DNA of 64,000 bases, from assembly GCA_029953675.1 (NCBI GenBank), contig JAMWBK010000007.1:1798001-1862000 (forward strand), in the 5' to 3' direction. Numbering within the stretch: the stretch's first letter is position 1; each line of letters opens with the position of its first letter. The notes under the pieces were generated by a model. That model searched no databases. It had not been told where the DNA came from and saw nothing but the letters and a program-made list of their open reading frames with translations. Shown piece by piece: positions 40,331 to 54,282 of the stretch. The stretch comes from Rhodosorus marinus CCMP1338 (lineage: Eukaryota > Plantae > Rhodophyta). A program made the position numbers and the translations under genes.

Positions 40331-40560
40331 GAGCTGTCTTTTGCTGCAGCTCCTATTTGTCGATGGCTTTTGATCTGTAGGTGGACTCGTTCTGAGCTCT
40401 GTGAAGGTCTGGAGCGAAACTGGCATCTCTCTGAAGCTGATATCTAGGTTGTTGGACAAGTCTTTTGACGAAGTGTTTTATTCAGCGAGAGAGATGGTAA
40501 ACTTGGTGTTTGCTTCGTGGTGAGCGCTTCTCGGACCGGCCCGTGGTGAGCGGCGGAGGC

Positions 40561-41770
40561 ATGACGATGACGTGTTTTGCTGCATCGATAGGACAGAGAC
40601 CGGCAAGACGCGCGGCTCGATATATGTGTATGAAAGCAGATGAGGAGGTTGAACGCCTTTGCTCTGTGTTGTCGGACTGTGTGGATGTGAGGTCCGCGGT
40701 GGATGCTGTTGATCGTTCAATGAGATGTGCTGGTGTTTCTGAGCCGTCATCGAGCGCGGAGTACATCGTCGGAAGTGTCGTCGGAGCGAACTCACGGTCT
40801 GCGCTTCGGAGCAGGTTGGACCAGAGCATCGGTGGGTCCGAGAAGGAACTTATTGGAAACCTGTCGATGAGGAGGATTGTTCGGCGGGAGCCTGTGCAGT
40901 ACTTAGTCGGGAATTGGGACTTTCACCATATTACTCTCAATGTACGGACCCCGATTCTGATCCCCAGACCTGAAACCGAGGAGCTGGTGGAGCTTATTAT
41001 TAAGTCCGAAACGGTCAGGATTTCGCAAGCTTGTAGCTTCCTCGATATCGGTACAGGAACGGGCGCTATCCTGCTCGCGATTCTCAAGCAACGTGCCAAT
41101 GCCACTGGCGTTGGCATCGACATCAACCCCGAAGCAGTCCGGTAAGGAGACGTTCCTCCCCAATACCATTTCCATCTCTCTCTGTGGCTCACGCAGAAAC
41201 CGCTACTGTACACCTTCTTTTTTTGCTTCCGACGACTGTCTAACTCAAGCCTTTCGAAAGAGAACTCGGACCTGTTAGACTTATCCTCTAGAAGCTGCTT
41301 TCAACAAATTTCAATAGAGGAGTTCGTCCCCGAAACTCTCTTCGACGTGGTGGCGAGCAACCCTCCCTACATCCCTGCCAAAGACATGCAAACATTGGAA
41401 AAGGAAGTTAAGGACCATGAGGATGCAAACGCTCTTCATGGGGGAGTAGATGGTGAGAAAAACGCCTATCCCAGCACGGAAATCGTCGTGTTTCCAAAGC
41501 TCAGTGTTCCCGGCTGACTTTCTTCGTCTAGGCATGGATGTCATCCGGATCATCCTACAGCGTACGTTCCAGCTGTTGAAGCCAGGAGGAGATCTTTGGC
41601 TCGAGGTCGACCCGTCGCATCCCGAGCCTATTGAAGCGCTATGTAGGAATGACGTTTCCCTCCAGGAATTGACCTTCGTAGAGAAACACGACGACTTCCG
41701 TGGTTTAGCTCGTTTTGTTCACATTCGGCGTCGGAGAGGATCGTCGCGTGACGTCTCATCCTATCGTTGA
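40561..41770 (+). CDS. hemK: HemK/PrmC-family release-factor glutamine methyltransferase (organellar type), multi-exon
   Basis: RREPVQYLVGNWDF, LIPRPETEELVE, FLDIGTGTGAI, SNPPYIP, ALHGGVDG, LLKPGGDLWLEV and DFRGLARFV. Confidence 0.93.
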
Positions 41771-41805
41771 GGAAGGCGATACGTCTTTTAAGCTGAATCG
41801 GGTGT

Positions 41806-41831
41806 AAGGCCCGGGCAGACGCCCGGGCCTT
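41806..41831. other. Perfect 11-bp GC-rich hairpin just 3' of the HemK stop codon
   Basis: AAGGCCCGGGC-AGAC-GCCCGGGCCTT. Confidence 0.85.
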
Positions 41832-42726
41832 TGCACGAGTCGAATTTGGCGGTGTTCCTCCGAGGTTCCCTGGTTGAAACCGCGTGTTTAACTTCACACC
41901 GGCACTGCTGCCGTCGCAGACCGATCGCTAGGCGAGCAGAACGTTTCGCCTAAGCTGTGATCAGCATTTTTGGTCGAGAGAAAGAATCTCGATGGGACGA
42001 CAGAGGCTGCGCAACGTCGTCCACATAGACTTGCGGTCAACGACGTCGAGGACTCACGTACAAGAACCGGGACGCGGAGGGCCAAGTTGCCGCCTCCTAT
42101 TCCCTGACGCTGAATGTCGACCCACGAGGTCTACTCATATTAACGTCCTCTGTGCTTCGAGTTCATGTCCGGAGAGCGAGAATCTTCCATCATGCGAGCA
42201 GACACAAAAACAGTTTTTCAAGCGGAAAGCCATACCGATGGCCAAAGGGTCCAAGAGTCTCCTCCATCAGTACCTTTGTCATCCCGTTTCTCATCGATTG
42301 CTTTTGGATGGCCGCGGAGGAGTGTGCAAAGAGTCTAGTTTGTCCCACCGCTGCTAGTCCCGTTGTTAGTAGAGTACCTTGTATCGCTCGCTTGCTGGCT
42401 TACGAACAGGTTCCTGTAGAATCCACCGGAGTTGTCTCACATATTGACGGCGTTAACATGTACCTTCGGGCGTGCAAATGCCGCGAGGAGAGTTACCTAG
42501 TCTAGGCCTTGTCATAGTAAACCAGTACCAGCTCATTCCAGAGCAGTTGTGGCTTGGAGAGGAAATCCGAAACGCGAGATGGAAAAGCAGCTTCCGTTCA
42601 CGCCCGAACTTCGCTTCTGCCTACGCAGACTGTCCTCATCTTCGCTGGGGTCTGGTTGGGGAAGAAGGTAGAGATCTTGGTTCGAAACTGGTGGAGACGT
42701 GAGGTTGGCGGCTTCGTTAGGAAAGC

Positions 42727-43447
42727 ATGAGGTGCAATGAGAAGACTCGTCTAGTTGGTGATCAGATTGATCTGGTTCCTTACTGCAAGCGACATGTTGT
42801 TCAGTACCATGAATGGATGAAGGATCCATGGATTCGGGAGATGACTTGTTCCGAGCCTCTGACGTTGGAGCAGGAGTATGAGAACCAAGTTTCCTGGCAT
42901 CTGGATGAGCACAAGATGACGTTTATCGTCTTGGACAAGAATCTAGATGATGAATGCCCGCCAGTTGGCGATGTGAACCTGTTCTTGATCGATGTGGATG
43001 ACGAAGACGCCGTCGTTGCGGAGATTGAGGTGATGATTGCCGAGCCAAGGAGCAGGAGAAGAGGATTAGCTACGGAAGCAGTGAAGCTCATGGTTGCATA
43101 CGGCGTGAAGCATTTAGGATGCAGCAGCTACGTTGCAAAAATCGTAGAATCCAACGAGGTAGGGGGCAGTCCTGAGACCAATTTTCTTCGAGCTGGACAA
43201 TCGTGACGTACGTGATCTTGCCGCCTTTTAGGGATCCATCAACATGTTCAAAAAGCTGGGATTCGAGCAGCTACGGCGACTAGAGGTTTTCAAGGAGGTG
43301 CATCTGATTCTTCGACTTTCCGCGGAGGTTTGCATAGACACCGCAGTCTTTCAAGACCGTGAGCGTAGTGTGAGCGTACTGAGTTTGGAACCTTCGGGCC
43401 GCTGTTATGTGTCACTAGGCGGCAGAAAGCTATCGAGCCGAGATTGA
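42727..43447 (+). CDS. NAT9: N-acetyltransferase 9-like (GNAT) protein
   Basis: MRCNEKTRLVG..LVPY..HV..YHEWM.DP..EMT.SEPLTLEQEYENQ.SW..DE.KMTFIV..GDVNLF..AEIEVMIAEP.SRRRGLA..AKI..SN, spliced to SINMFKKLGF..EVFKEV. The 3' end is uncertain. Confidence 0.9.
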
Positions 43448-45242
43448 GGGCAGAGAAGTCGACTACCAGCGAGATGGTCTGTAAGGAAGGGCTGTCCTGA
43501 GACTATTTCAAGGCCTTCTGGGTCGTTTCGTGCAGCTGTGAACCAGTTTCTGCTCTCGTGATAAGTTAACCGCTTGCTGCCGCCATAGGCTTCTCAAATT
43601 TCTGATGGCATGCGGAAGCACATACCACAGAGCAGGTCACGGATGCACTGTTCGTGGTTTCTGCGGACGAAATGTTCGATGACGATTCATGAGCCGCGGT
43701 TGGAACAGAGGACAACCCTTACTATCCATTCTGCACAAATATGTCAGCGCTCGCTGAACGTAAGATCACGAGAACCGGCCAAGTCCAGGTTTCCGGCTCA
43801 TTTAACGTGCTTCTCGGTCGTTCAAACTAACGCCTTTTCCCAGAGGAAGAGAGAGACTAACTTGGACCTACAGGGCGAGAAACATAGGCCACTGCTGTCG
43901 ACGCAAACCAGATAAATGAAACTTCACCAAACTCAATCCCCAAATCCGATCCGAACCCCTGCCATCAAGACGAAAACCGATCGGGCGAAGGGGTTGTTCA
44001 TAATCGAGAACATCGCTAGCGACTTATCTTTTACAAATTAGGAGAGAGTGTTGGTATTGAGCATATCGTAGTAGAGTATCAAATATGGTCTTCGTCAACA
44101 AACCCTTTCCAAACAACCACAACGCCCTAGATCTGCTTGTCAACTGATCACACATCCGATGTTCGCTTTCCTAATTATTTTATTTCGTTTGTCCCAGTCT
44201 AACCAATTGATGAACGTTAGTTTTCAGTTCATCAAATTAAGAGCAATGATACTATATCATTAGCCAATAACTGAGGGCTAATTTGTTTTTTTCTAAAATA
44301 CTTGTTCGCTCGGGGAGCTTGACTGTTGAGCGGACAGGTTCGGAGTGAGAGCTTTGGGCTTGAGAGGCATCACTGGCATCTAATGCTGAGATTAAAATCG
44401 ATTGAATAGTTTTCGATAGGTTTGAATCATCCCAGTAATGACTACGCATTGGCACCCGCCAACTCGAGATACCGACGTTGTCCCTCGCGGGCCTGGCTCC
44501 ATCTGGCGCAAGACTTCTCAAAAATTCGACAGCTCATTTCTTCAATGGAGTTTTCGATGCTTCCTCTTAATCTACAACGATCAGTCTCCGGCTTACCCTC
44601 CCGATACGGTTCCCTCAGGCTTGCTCCGTCTACAGACAAGCACGGCATCTAGCTCACCGGGTGCAGGTTCACTCCAGACTCCATCAGCGACTGTATCCAA
44701 AGCATTCCAACTAACTCAAGCTGGAGCCTGCAAGACGTTCCTTGCCGCCAGGAAACCCTGTCCTCACCGCCCACTGTTTGATTCCATATGAACTAACAAA
44801 GGAGCGAAGGGCGAAGTGGGGGGGGAGTGGGGAGTTGAGCAGCCGACCTTCCTCACTCGCTGAAAGTCATCAGGAGTATAATATGGATCCGCTTTAGTCT
44901 CAACATTACCAGCTCTCACATTATAGCTCGACAATAAAACCTCATTAGCTCAAGGCCAAATGTCCCAACTCGATCTGTCCCAATGCATTGCGATCTTTAT
45001 GAGATATCTCGTGTCATGGTGAGGACGGACAGCAGGCTATGGAGAGTGTGGAGGATGAGTTGGAATGGTCTGGGAGAGAGAGCTGTTGGGTAACGCTTTT
45101 GAGAAGGACTGAGACACCCCATCTTACGAGAATTCCAAGGTTTCTGATCAAGTTTGGTTCGTTTCTAGGTTAAGTGGGAGCCGCTTCCAGTTGTGGTTCT
45201 GTGTTTTGTTCTTGTTTTGTCTCGTGATTGAAAAGAGGAAGA

Positions 45243-48200
45243 ATGAGTGAAGTCGAGAGCAAACGGGTGCTTCTACCGAAGAACGCCAAGCCTAGTCATT
45301 ATGATCTTGAGTTTTCTCCGGATCTTTTCCCTGCGGAAGGATCGGAACCGACTTTTGAAGGTGTGTGTGTGACTTTGGGGGAAAAACCCCGGTATCCGAA
45401 TGCTGTTCCTTTTTGTTTTGTTGGTTTGGCTGATTGTGGTTGTGTATGGATTTGATTTGAAAAGGTTCTGCAACGATCTATGTCAAACTGGTGGAAGCTA
45501 CGAATACGATTGTCCTGAATGCGAAGGAGTTGAAGGTTACTTCTGGTTCGATCTGTTCGAGCGAGGACGTAAGGAAGTGCTTCTGGAAGGAAGGTTGGTT
45601 GACTTTTTGAGCTAGATCTGACGGGTTTTAATTTTTTGGACTGGCAGTTCTGCGTCCGAGCGGAGATATCGCTCGATGAAAAGAACGAAACGGTCACCCT
45701 GACTGCCCCAGAGGCGTTGAGCCCTGGGGACTACAAGATCGACACGACGTTCAACGGTGTTTTGAACGAGAAGATGATGGGATTCTACAGATCAGAGTAC
45801 AAGGACCCCCTTGACTCGTCAAAGAAGAAGTGCGTACTGCCTTCTATCTATTGCCTCGTCCCTATAGTCCATCCAAGAGGAAACTCTCGATCTTACCCCC
45901 GACAACTGCTTTCACCACCAGGCTCATGGCGGTCACGCAGTTCGAACCAACCGACGCGAGAATGGCGTTCCCTTGCTTTGACGAGCCTAACATCAAGGTA
46001 GCCAACTGCCTGCTGAATCCACCCACGAGCATTGCAAGATTTTTTCATTGATCAGATCCTCAAACACAGGCAACCTTCTCAGTGACGATGAACGCCCCGG
46101 AGTCCTACACTTGTCTGTCCAACATGCCGATCATCAAGGAAGAAGCTGCTGAAGGGAAGAAGAAAGTGGTCTTCGACAAAACTCCAATCATGTCGACTTA
46201 CTTGGTTAGTTGTACCTTGCTATACTTTCTATTGATTCGAACAAGTTCGTCTGGCACGCCGAAGTCCATGATATGTCACAACGGCAGCTGGCGGACGTAT
46301 GTCGTTCTCAGCTCGGGACATCTGCCTGTCCGCCGATCGAGCACGCATTCAGTGTTTGCAAACGGTGCCTTGCTAAGCTTTGCTTTTGGGTTTGTTGCTA
46401 TCCCCCTCCTTGCGCAGTTGGCCTTTGTCGTCGCAGAGCTTGACTTCATCAAGGGGGAGACTAAGGACGGAGTGGAATTTAGGGTATATACGGAGAAAGG
46501 ACGTTCTGAACTGGGACAGTTTGCTCTGGATTGCGGTGTGAAAGTTCTCCCGTTCTTTGCGACGTTCTTTGAGATTGCTTACCCATTGCCAAAGATGGAC
46601 ATGATCGCAGTAAGGAAGGTCTTCATTCGTTTTGTTCCATGCGGTGCTACTCCTCTTGCGGAAAGCGTTTTTTTCGCATTTTGTTTCTGAAAGCCTGTTC
46701 TTTGATGTCCAACGCTTAGATTCCGGATTTTGCTGCTGGAGCTATGGAGAACTGGGGCTTGGTGACATACCGGGAAACGGCTCTGCTCCTGGATCCAAGC
46801 CAGTCCTCTGCCCAAGCAAAGGCTAGGGTTGCTGGGGTAGGAATGTGACAAGCGCACTAGTGTCCCTTGCGTTTGAATTCTAACGGGACGGTTTTTTAGG
46901 TTGTGGCACATGAGCTGGCGCATCAGTGGTTTGGAAATCTGGTGACAATGGACTGGTGGACCCATCTGTGGTTGAATGAGGGCTTTGCCACATGGGCCGC
47001 TGACTTGGCAGTTGACACGCTATTCCCAGAGTGGAAGGTAGGGGCACACTAGAAACATCCTCAGGAACAACGGGAATGCTGTTTGTCACGTTGTAACTGA
47101 TTTCGAGGATTGCATCGATTCCTCTGCTTCGGTTAGGTTTGGGTCCAGTTTGTTTGTACCACGCTCTCATCAGCCCTCCACCTCGACGCCCTGCGCTCAT
47201 CCCATGCAATCGAAGTTGAAGTAAGCCTTGCTACATTACGAAGAGAGCATAAGACTGTCATTGATACTGATTCTTGCTTTTGATGATTCACAGATCAATG
47301 ACGCAACGGAGGTCAACGAGATCTTTGACGCTATTTCCTACCTGAAAGGCGCATCGGTGATTCGTATGCTCGCGAATTACCTCAGTGTGGACGTTTTCAA
47401 GCAGGGTAAGTGGTTGAAAGACCAGCTACAAAAAATCTCGTGTGAAGGCCACAACCCCAGCCCCGGAAAAACTAAGTCTGTTACCTGCACACTACAGGTC
47501 TCATCACATACTTGAAGGAGTTTTCCTACTCTAACGCAGCTACAGAAGATCTTTGGCAACACCTCGAAACGGCCAGCGGCAAACCCATCAAGGAGCTAAT
47601 GAGCAACTGGACCAAGCAGGTAGGGCACAGTCGAGCTTGGATTGAGTTACCGGTAAGGACTTTTGCTGAACGGCTCTACGTGACTTTCGGTATGAAAAAT
47701 TTCCAGGTCGGCTACCCTGTTTTGGAGGTTTCAGATCTTGGAAACGGAGAGGTCCAAGTGTCTCAGAGCCGATTCCTGTCGAACGGAACTGAGGATGCGT
47801 CGAAACCCACTTGGATGGTACCCATTGGCGTCTTGAATGCGGGTAGCAGTGAATCCTATTATGAACTTCTTGATGGCTCCTCTGGCCAGCTTTCAGGAGT
47901 CAATACGAACAGCTCAGAGTGGACCAAGCTGAACGCATACCAGGTATTGCTCTGGCCGTGTCCCCGAAATTGAAGTCTACTATTGAACACATCACGAACT
48001 AAGTTGTGTGTCTTTCTTGTGGATCACCAAGTCCGGTATCTTCCGAATTAAATACTCTGATTCGATGGCGAGCAAGCTGATCACGGCAATCGGGAAGAGC
48101 GAGCTCGGGCCAGAGGACAGGTTAAGTCTTCTGAGTGATAGTTTTGCACTTGCTCGGGCGGGCCGACTGCCTACCGTGAAAGCACTAGAGGTTCGTCCTT

Positions 48201-49355
48201 TTTACAGACGAGCATTTTTGCTCACGTGTGGTAGTCGCTCACAGTTCCTCGTACGGTTCTCGCCTGTCCTTTTTTTTGTTTTTCTAGATTACGAAGGCGT
48301 TCAGCCAAGAAACCGAGTACACATGCATTCTGAGCATATGCGCCGCCCTAACCGAGCTGAGCAGGCTCTTTGCACAAGAGGTTGACTCGGAAGAATATCG
48401 CGGCTTCAAGCGGCTTGCAGAACAGCTCCTGGTCCCCCTTAGTAAGTCTGTAGGCTGGGAAGCCAAGCCGGGTGAAAGCCATATCCAATCACTTCTGAGG
48501 TACGGCGCTAGTTTCTTTCTGCACGCCTGGAGACTTTGAAAACCAAATACAGCCTTTTTGCGTTCATTTTGCCATCTCAATAGGTCGCAGGTACTCGGAA
48601 GTCTCATCGAGTTCGAACACGAGGGGACAATGAGTGAAGCAGTGGCGAGGTTTAAGAGCTTTGTCAGTGGTGAAGCTGAACTGCTTCCGGACTTGAGACT
48701 GCCGTGCTACTTTGCCGCTGTCGAGGTGCTCGGAAAGGAAGGCTACGACGCCGTAATGCAGATTTACAAAGAAACCGATCTCAATGAGGAGATGGTAGGG
48801 CTCTTCATCAAATGGGGAACGGCGGCTTTTGCTTACCGCTTTTACCTGGGCTCATGAACTTGGTGCATACTGTCTTTGCAGGTGCGGTGTATGCGGGCCC
48901 TGGGAGCGATTCCGGATGTTGGCGTTCTGGAGGAGACCCTGCAGTGGGCCCTAGCTGAAGTTAAGGCGCAGGATATCTATGTTGTCATCAACTCCGTTGC
49001 GAAGAATCGCCGCGGCAAGGATCTCGCTTGGGAGTTCCTGCAGAAAGAATGGGAGAACTTTGTCGAACGATTCGGCAAAGGCAGCCACTTCAACACCCGG
49101 ATGATGGGTTCTTGCACAGAATTCAGCTCGGAGGAGAAGGCCGTGAGTATTGGGTTCCATTTCCAACTTGATGATGTGATACTCATCTTGTTGTCTACGT
49201 GAAACGTATAGGTGGAGGTGGAAAAGTTCTTCGCCAGCGCGACTATTGTGGGGGCCACAAGGACTCTTGAGCAGTGCCTAGAGTCCATCCGAATGCGCGC
49301 GTCGTGGTACCAGCGAGATGCGGAGGAAGTGCATGCGTGGATCTCAAAAGTATGA
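45243..49355 (+). CDS. Puromycin-sensitive aminopeptidase (peptidase M1), ~13 exons
   Basis: [59 protein letters not shown] at ~46740, [40 protein letters not shown], and an ERAP1-like C-terminus. Confidence 0.96.
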
Positions 49356-50456
49356 GCACTGCAGTGCTCTGCTTTATACAATACTGCTCAGATGCAACTG
49401 TGGACCAGTTTGTCGTCCAGGCAGGCAAGATATAAAACACAATAGAGGAAAGTATGAGCCTGGTCCAGCAACGTTCATCAATCTGACCCATAATGGCTTG
49501 TCAGAATGCAGCTTCTGACAAATCGCTACTCGCGAAGTAACGACGTAGCTTGAGTTATTAGTTCAAACTCAGACGCTTGCAATCGGACGTGGAAACACCA
49601 ATCAGTCGATCCCTTTCAACAGCCGAGTTCAAGCATCAGCAGAGGCTTGGTTTCCTCTGAAAAGAGGGTGTGTCGCAATGGTAGAGCGAATGATTCCAGA
49701 TCAAAAGGCTGGTGTAATCGATTCAGGTCGCCCTCATTCAGTCTGATATCGCGGATCCATCCACAAGTGAATAACGAGTTGCTAGCTTGTCAGGCTTCTT
49801 CCTATGCCTCAGTGTTCGAAACAGTGAGAAAATCTGTGTTCCGAATTGCGGGTTTGGGTTTACTGTACCCTCCAGGGAAAAACGTCTGACCTACCAAACT
49901 TTGTCCCCACAACAGAGTTGTTTGCCCTTCTGCGGCAAAAGCTTCCCTGGACGCCCCTGGTTCTGCGGTTTTAGTGTCCAGGCTCTACATGTCAGTCTCG
50001 CGCTCTCCTCGTGCTAGCCTGGCCCTGATTATGCCAATCCGTTGTTCCAATAAGCGGTTAGGTCATCGCAATCTATCGACGTCTCCGCCGTAGACAAAAC
50101 AGCGGATCGCCCGCTGCCCGCGTCCAGATTACAAAGCCCGGGGATGTGTGTTGTACAAGATACCTCACCACTTGAACCTCAGATATTCCGATAGACGACT
50201 TCATTATTCGTTCACGTTGTCTGAGATGACTGTCGTGAGCTTGGCAGCTTCTAAACCATCCTCAACTACTCCCCAACCGACTGGCGTAAGTATATTGTAG
50301 TACACATGAGTGTATTGTTAGTACTCTGAGATCCAATCTCACGTTGTCGATGTCGCGTTGTAGTTAGTCTTTGGAACGGTGGCTAGGTGAAATGGAAGGA
50401 GGGATGAAATGAGATCTGGTTATGGACAGAACTAAACATTTCTAGTAGAGAAAACG

Positions 50457-51753
50457 ATGGAATTGGAAAAGAATCGGATCGTGTACGGTTCTTCGAACCT
50501 CTGTTTTGTATCGGGTGGAGTGGTGCCCTTGAGGTTGAGATGCTCAAGTGGAAGGCAGGTATCGGCTGGGCGATCGACACGGGTGATTTTTTTTAGCTTT
50601 TCTATAGAGTAAAATCTTGAGGTTCTTGGAGCCAAAGTAGCTTATTTTTTTTTTTTTTGGTTTGGGTTTGTCTTGATCAGCTTGCTGTTGGAAGAAGACG
50701 GTGTAGTGTTCAGTTGAGTGCAGAAACGATTGACGATGAGCAGAGAGATACGGATTCCCGGACAGCAAAGTGGAAGGCTGAGGGCGATTTCGCATTAAAA
50801 GCAGCTTTTGCGAACATCGCTGCTGGGCTGCTTATACCTGCCCTGGCCGCTTCATATCAAGCCGGTGATATGAGTTATGCACCGAGCTGGGATCTGCGTT
50901 TTGGTCCCTGAAAAGAATCTCGCCCTTTGTATGGTCTACGTAGGTTCCCTCGAGGAGTTCATAACTTTGATGAGCACCAGATACGTTTCGCATTATGAAC
51001 TGCTTGCACTTCTGCTAGCGTTCGGAACGGCGCACAGCGGACTTGCCTCCCTTAGGGCCACCGTGACAGAGGTTATTGGAGAGCGATTGTATCGCGTGGG
51101 CTTCGCATTCGTGAGCATACCCTGGGCAGTGCTAAACATTGGGTTCTTCATAGCCCATAGATACGATGGGATGCAGCTCTGGAGGATTCAAGGGGTTCCG
51201 GGAGCACCCGAGGCGGTCTGGATTTCTGCTGCTTTATCCTTCTACTTATTATACCCAGCAACTTTCAATCTGCTTGAGATAGCTGCAGTTCAGAAGCCAA
51301 CTTTCAGGATCTATGAGACCGGAATTATGAGAATCACTCGACATCCGCAGCTCTGGGGTCAGGTGAGAGATGGTTCCCTCATCGTTTGTCCAGCAACCCT
51401 GATCTGATGTGCCAACTCCTCACCCCTAATCTGCCTAGGTCCTTTGGTGTATCTGTCACTCGGCATGGATTGGAACTACAATGCCACTAGTAGCTTCAGC
51501 CGGTCTTCTTGCTCACCATTTCCTAGGTGCGTGGAACGGCGATCGTCGGCTTAGGCTGAAGTACGGTAAGGAGTGGGAGGAATACGCGGAGAGAACGAGT
51601 CTTCTCCCGTTTGAGGCTGTGCTCGACGGTCGACAGAAACTGGATATTCGGGAATTCTTGAAGCCCGCATACATAGGAGTGACAGCATTTATCCTCGGCC
51701 TTTCCAAAGCGCACCCAATCATGCTGCGAGCGAAGGAAATCATTCCTTTCTAG
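50457..51753 (+). CDS. Z-ISO: 15-cis-zeta-carotene isomerase (Z-ISO, NnrU family), plastid-targeted, multi-exon
   Basis: FGTAHSGLASLR..IGERLYRVGFAFVSIP..FIAHRYDGMQLW..LYPATFNLLEIAAVQKP..YETGIMRITRHPQLWGQ..HHFLGAWNGDRRL..RTSLLPF. A transit-peptide-like first exon (..LCFVSGG..) starts at 50457; this start is inferred. Confidence 0.92.
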
Positions 51754-52073
51754 GGCTCTGGGTTGTACATTACACATTAGCGCTGAGTACTTTAGTCCCG
51801 ACCGTGTCGGATTGTGCGTTCTGGCAGTAGCTTGAGCCGGAGTCTTGACATCTTTGCAAAAAAATTAACTTCTTGCCGAGTCCATATAAACAAGAAACTA
51901 GGATTCATGACGTCTACAAATCAACAAAGTTCTATAATACAAGTTCTTGCACTCCCAAGAATGGAAACAGGGTGCCGGATAACCAACCCGGGGGAGATTG
52001 CAACTGACTATGACCCAGTCCAGCGAAGGAAAAACTGTCTGTTCAATAGAGGTCAAAGCTCTTGGACCGAATA

Positions 52074-53012
52074 TCAATGCTTCTTGCGCTGCTTCTTAGC
52101 TTTCTTGCCGAGGGGACCCTCCTTGGGTTCCTGAACCGGTTCGGGTTTTGGGAGAAATATTCTTTCGGCAATCTTGAGAGCCCGTTTCCGTTCGACCTTG
52201 ATTCCTCCGTCATTCGAAACGGGATCAAACTACGAGCAATCGACATGATCGGAGCGGAGAATTGTTTAGCTATTGCACGCCCCATGCTGCGCGGCCGCAG
52301 AGAAAAACTCAAAAACCCTTACCTTTCGTCTTTGAGCGACGGGCTGTGGGTTGTCTGCTTCACTTCCTACCCTCTTGTCAAACCTGCCCACAGATGCTGT
52401 TGATCGCTGAGCTATTTTTGCAGACTTCGCGAGTTGTTTCTGGGGAATCCGCCCCTTCCCGCTGGGTCCTTTTTCGACTTCTACGAGAGATGGTAGAGGC
52501 GCCGCGCCTTTCCTCCGCGATTTCTTCTCATTGGCCTGGCGCTTTTTCTCATTCTTTTCTACAAGATCCTTTACAGCCCGCTTCTTCTTGGTAAACGGAT
52601 TCTCACCATCAGCCAAGTCAGATGTATGTTCCAGAACTGGAACGTCCTTGAGCGATTTCCTGCTTTTATAACCATATCGTGGCTTGAAAGACTGGCTCTC
52701 TTCGTCCCAAACCATCCGGTCCCTCTTCTTTTTCTGAATTCCTTTTTCCTTGGCGAACACTTCCCATTTCGTCGATTCGGAAGCCTTTGGAACCGGTTTC
52801 TCCCTCGGAATCGCCGTCACTCCTTCGGGTAACTTCACGACCCTCATGCCCCCCAGGGAACCATCAACAACGCGTTCAAGCTTGAACAGACGATGGACCA
52901 GAGCCTGCGCTGCAGGAGCTAAATCTTCGCCAGTTGACGTATCAAATACGCACATATTACCCTCATCGAATTCCATGCCGAATTCGGCATCCACCACATC
53001 CGTTGACGTCAT
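52074..53012 (-). CDS. RRS1: Ribosome biogenesis regulatory protein Rrs1, 2 exons
   Basis: AQALVHRLF, VKLP...IPREKPVPK..TKWEVFAKEKGIQKKKRDRMVWDE..KPRYGYK, QRSTASVGRFD. An intron at ~52322-52230 leads to FDPVS..KKQRKKH*. Confidence 0.92.
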
Positions 53013-54282
53013 CGCAACAGAAACGACCAATGCTTCGACACGACGGATTATAAACACCAGCGCTGCCAACTGCCTCTATATCAGCAGAGGTCCAAAACCT
53101 TCCTTCAATCCCATTCACAAGTCTCTAGTCATGCGCAGGCCTCCCTCATCAGAGTCTCCTCCAAACCACACCGTCAGACGACTTCACACAGAAATTCTGT
53201 TTTCGGCTTCCAAATGGTATAAGAGAGTTCGCCGTCAACCCGCAGGACCCTGAAAATTCGAATATTTTATTTTGCCAAAAAGTTGTGCACGAATTTGGCG
53301 AATGACACATGATGAAACGGCCGAGGACAAGTTTTCTAGATAATTCTTGCCGGACAGGGCGAGAGGCCAATCTTCCTAGTTAGATGTTTCTTGCTCATCG
53401 GTTTTCAAAGGGAAACTTATCGACCTCGAGACGGGCGAAGGGGAGACAGAGTAGCGGTCCGTCTTTTGGTGGTCTTGGAAACGACCTCGGAACCTCTCAC
53501 CCCTAAAACTTTTCCTACGCTTACTCATAAAATTGCCTTTGCGCTTCTTTTATGAGAAGGTCTTAGGGAATTTTCCCATCTTCCCCGGCAGAGAAAGATT
53601 CTCCAGGCGACATCTCCCTCTCCGCCGAAACCCAGCTCGCTCGCTTAGCCCCTGTCCCACTTGAGGCAAATAACAGAAATCGGGTTTAATATTTCTCTAA
53701 GATGAATAGAGCCGATTTTGTCCCAGCATGAATGTCCCAGTTTCTCTCTGTTGAGCGTGACGAGTATGGCTTCATGGTGAGGAAGACGCAACAACACTTC
53801 AAACCAAACCACTGCATCTATAAAAACGTTTTCAATGCTTATGCTCCTTCCAAGCAGAAGCCGTGCGTTTTGGATTGTGGCCTTCCCGAGCGAAAGGGAT
53901 GAACGTTGTGTAAAGGAGCATTCGCTTTGGGCGTTTTAGGCCTTAGATTCGATATCCTTGTTTGTTCCCAGAGTATGGAGGTATCTCATACTGTCACTGA
54001 GATACGTTTTAGATCATGTCCTTGGCCATGGAATGGTTTGTTGCACTAAACGCTTCACAAAACGACTCCAACACGCGTTTGATACGCCTCAGGGTATCGC
54101 CAGGAGAGCCCTTTAAGCAAACTAATGCCTTCGGGAGCATGGAGGTGCTTTGGGGATGAGTTTTAGAGCCCTCTTCATCGTTTTCGAGGGTTTGAAAGAC
54201 GGTCACAAGGAGGAATAAGGATATATATAGTGCATGTAGAAGGTTATATTCCTTGTATAGGGCTTTTGCAATTGTCAGAAGG

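Noticed and set aside
44208-44274. Possible box C/D snoRNA (TGATGA ... CTGA, ~67 nt apart)
   Set aside because: There is no convincing terminal stem, I recognise no rRNA-complementary guide, and the region is AT-rich so such motifs arise by chance.
53731-54206. Short ORFs upstream of SRPRA (a 56-aa plus-strand ORF and a 65-aa minus-strand ORF)
   Set aside because: No recognisable family or splice structure; these are likely promoter or UTR sequence.
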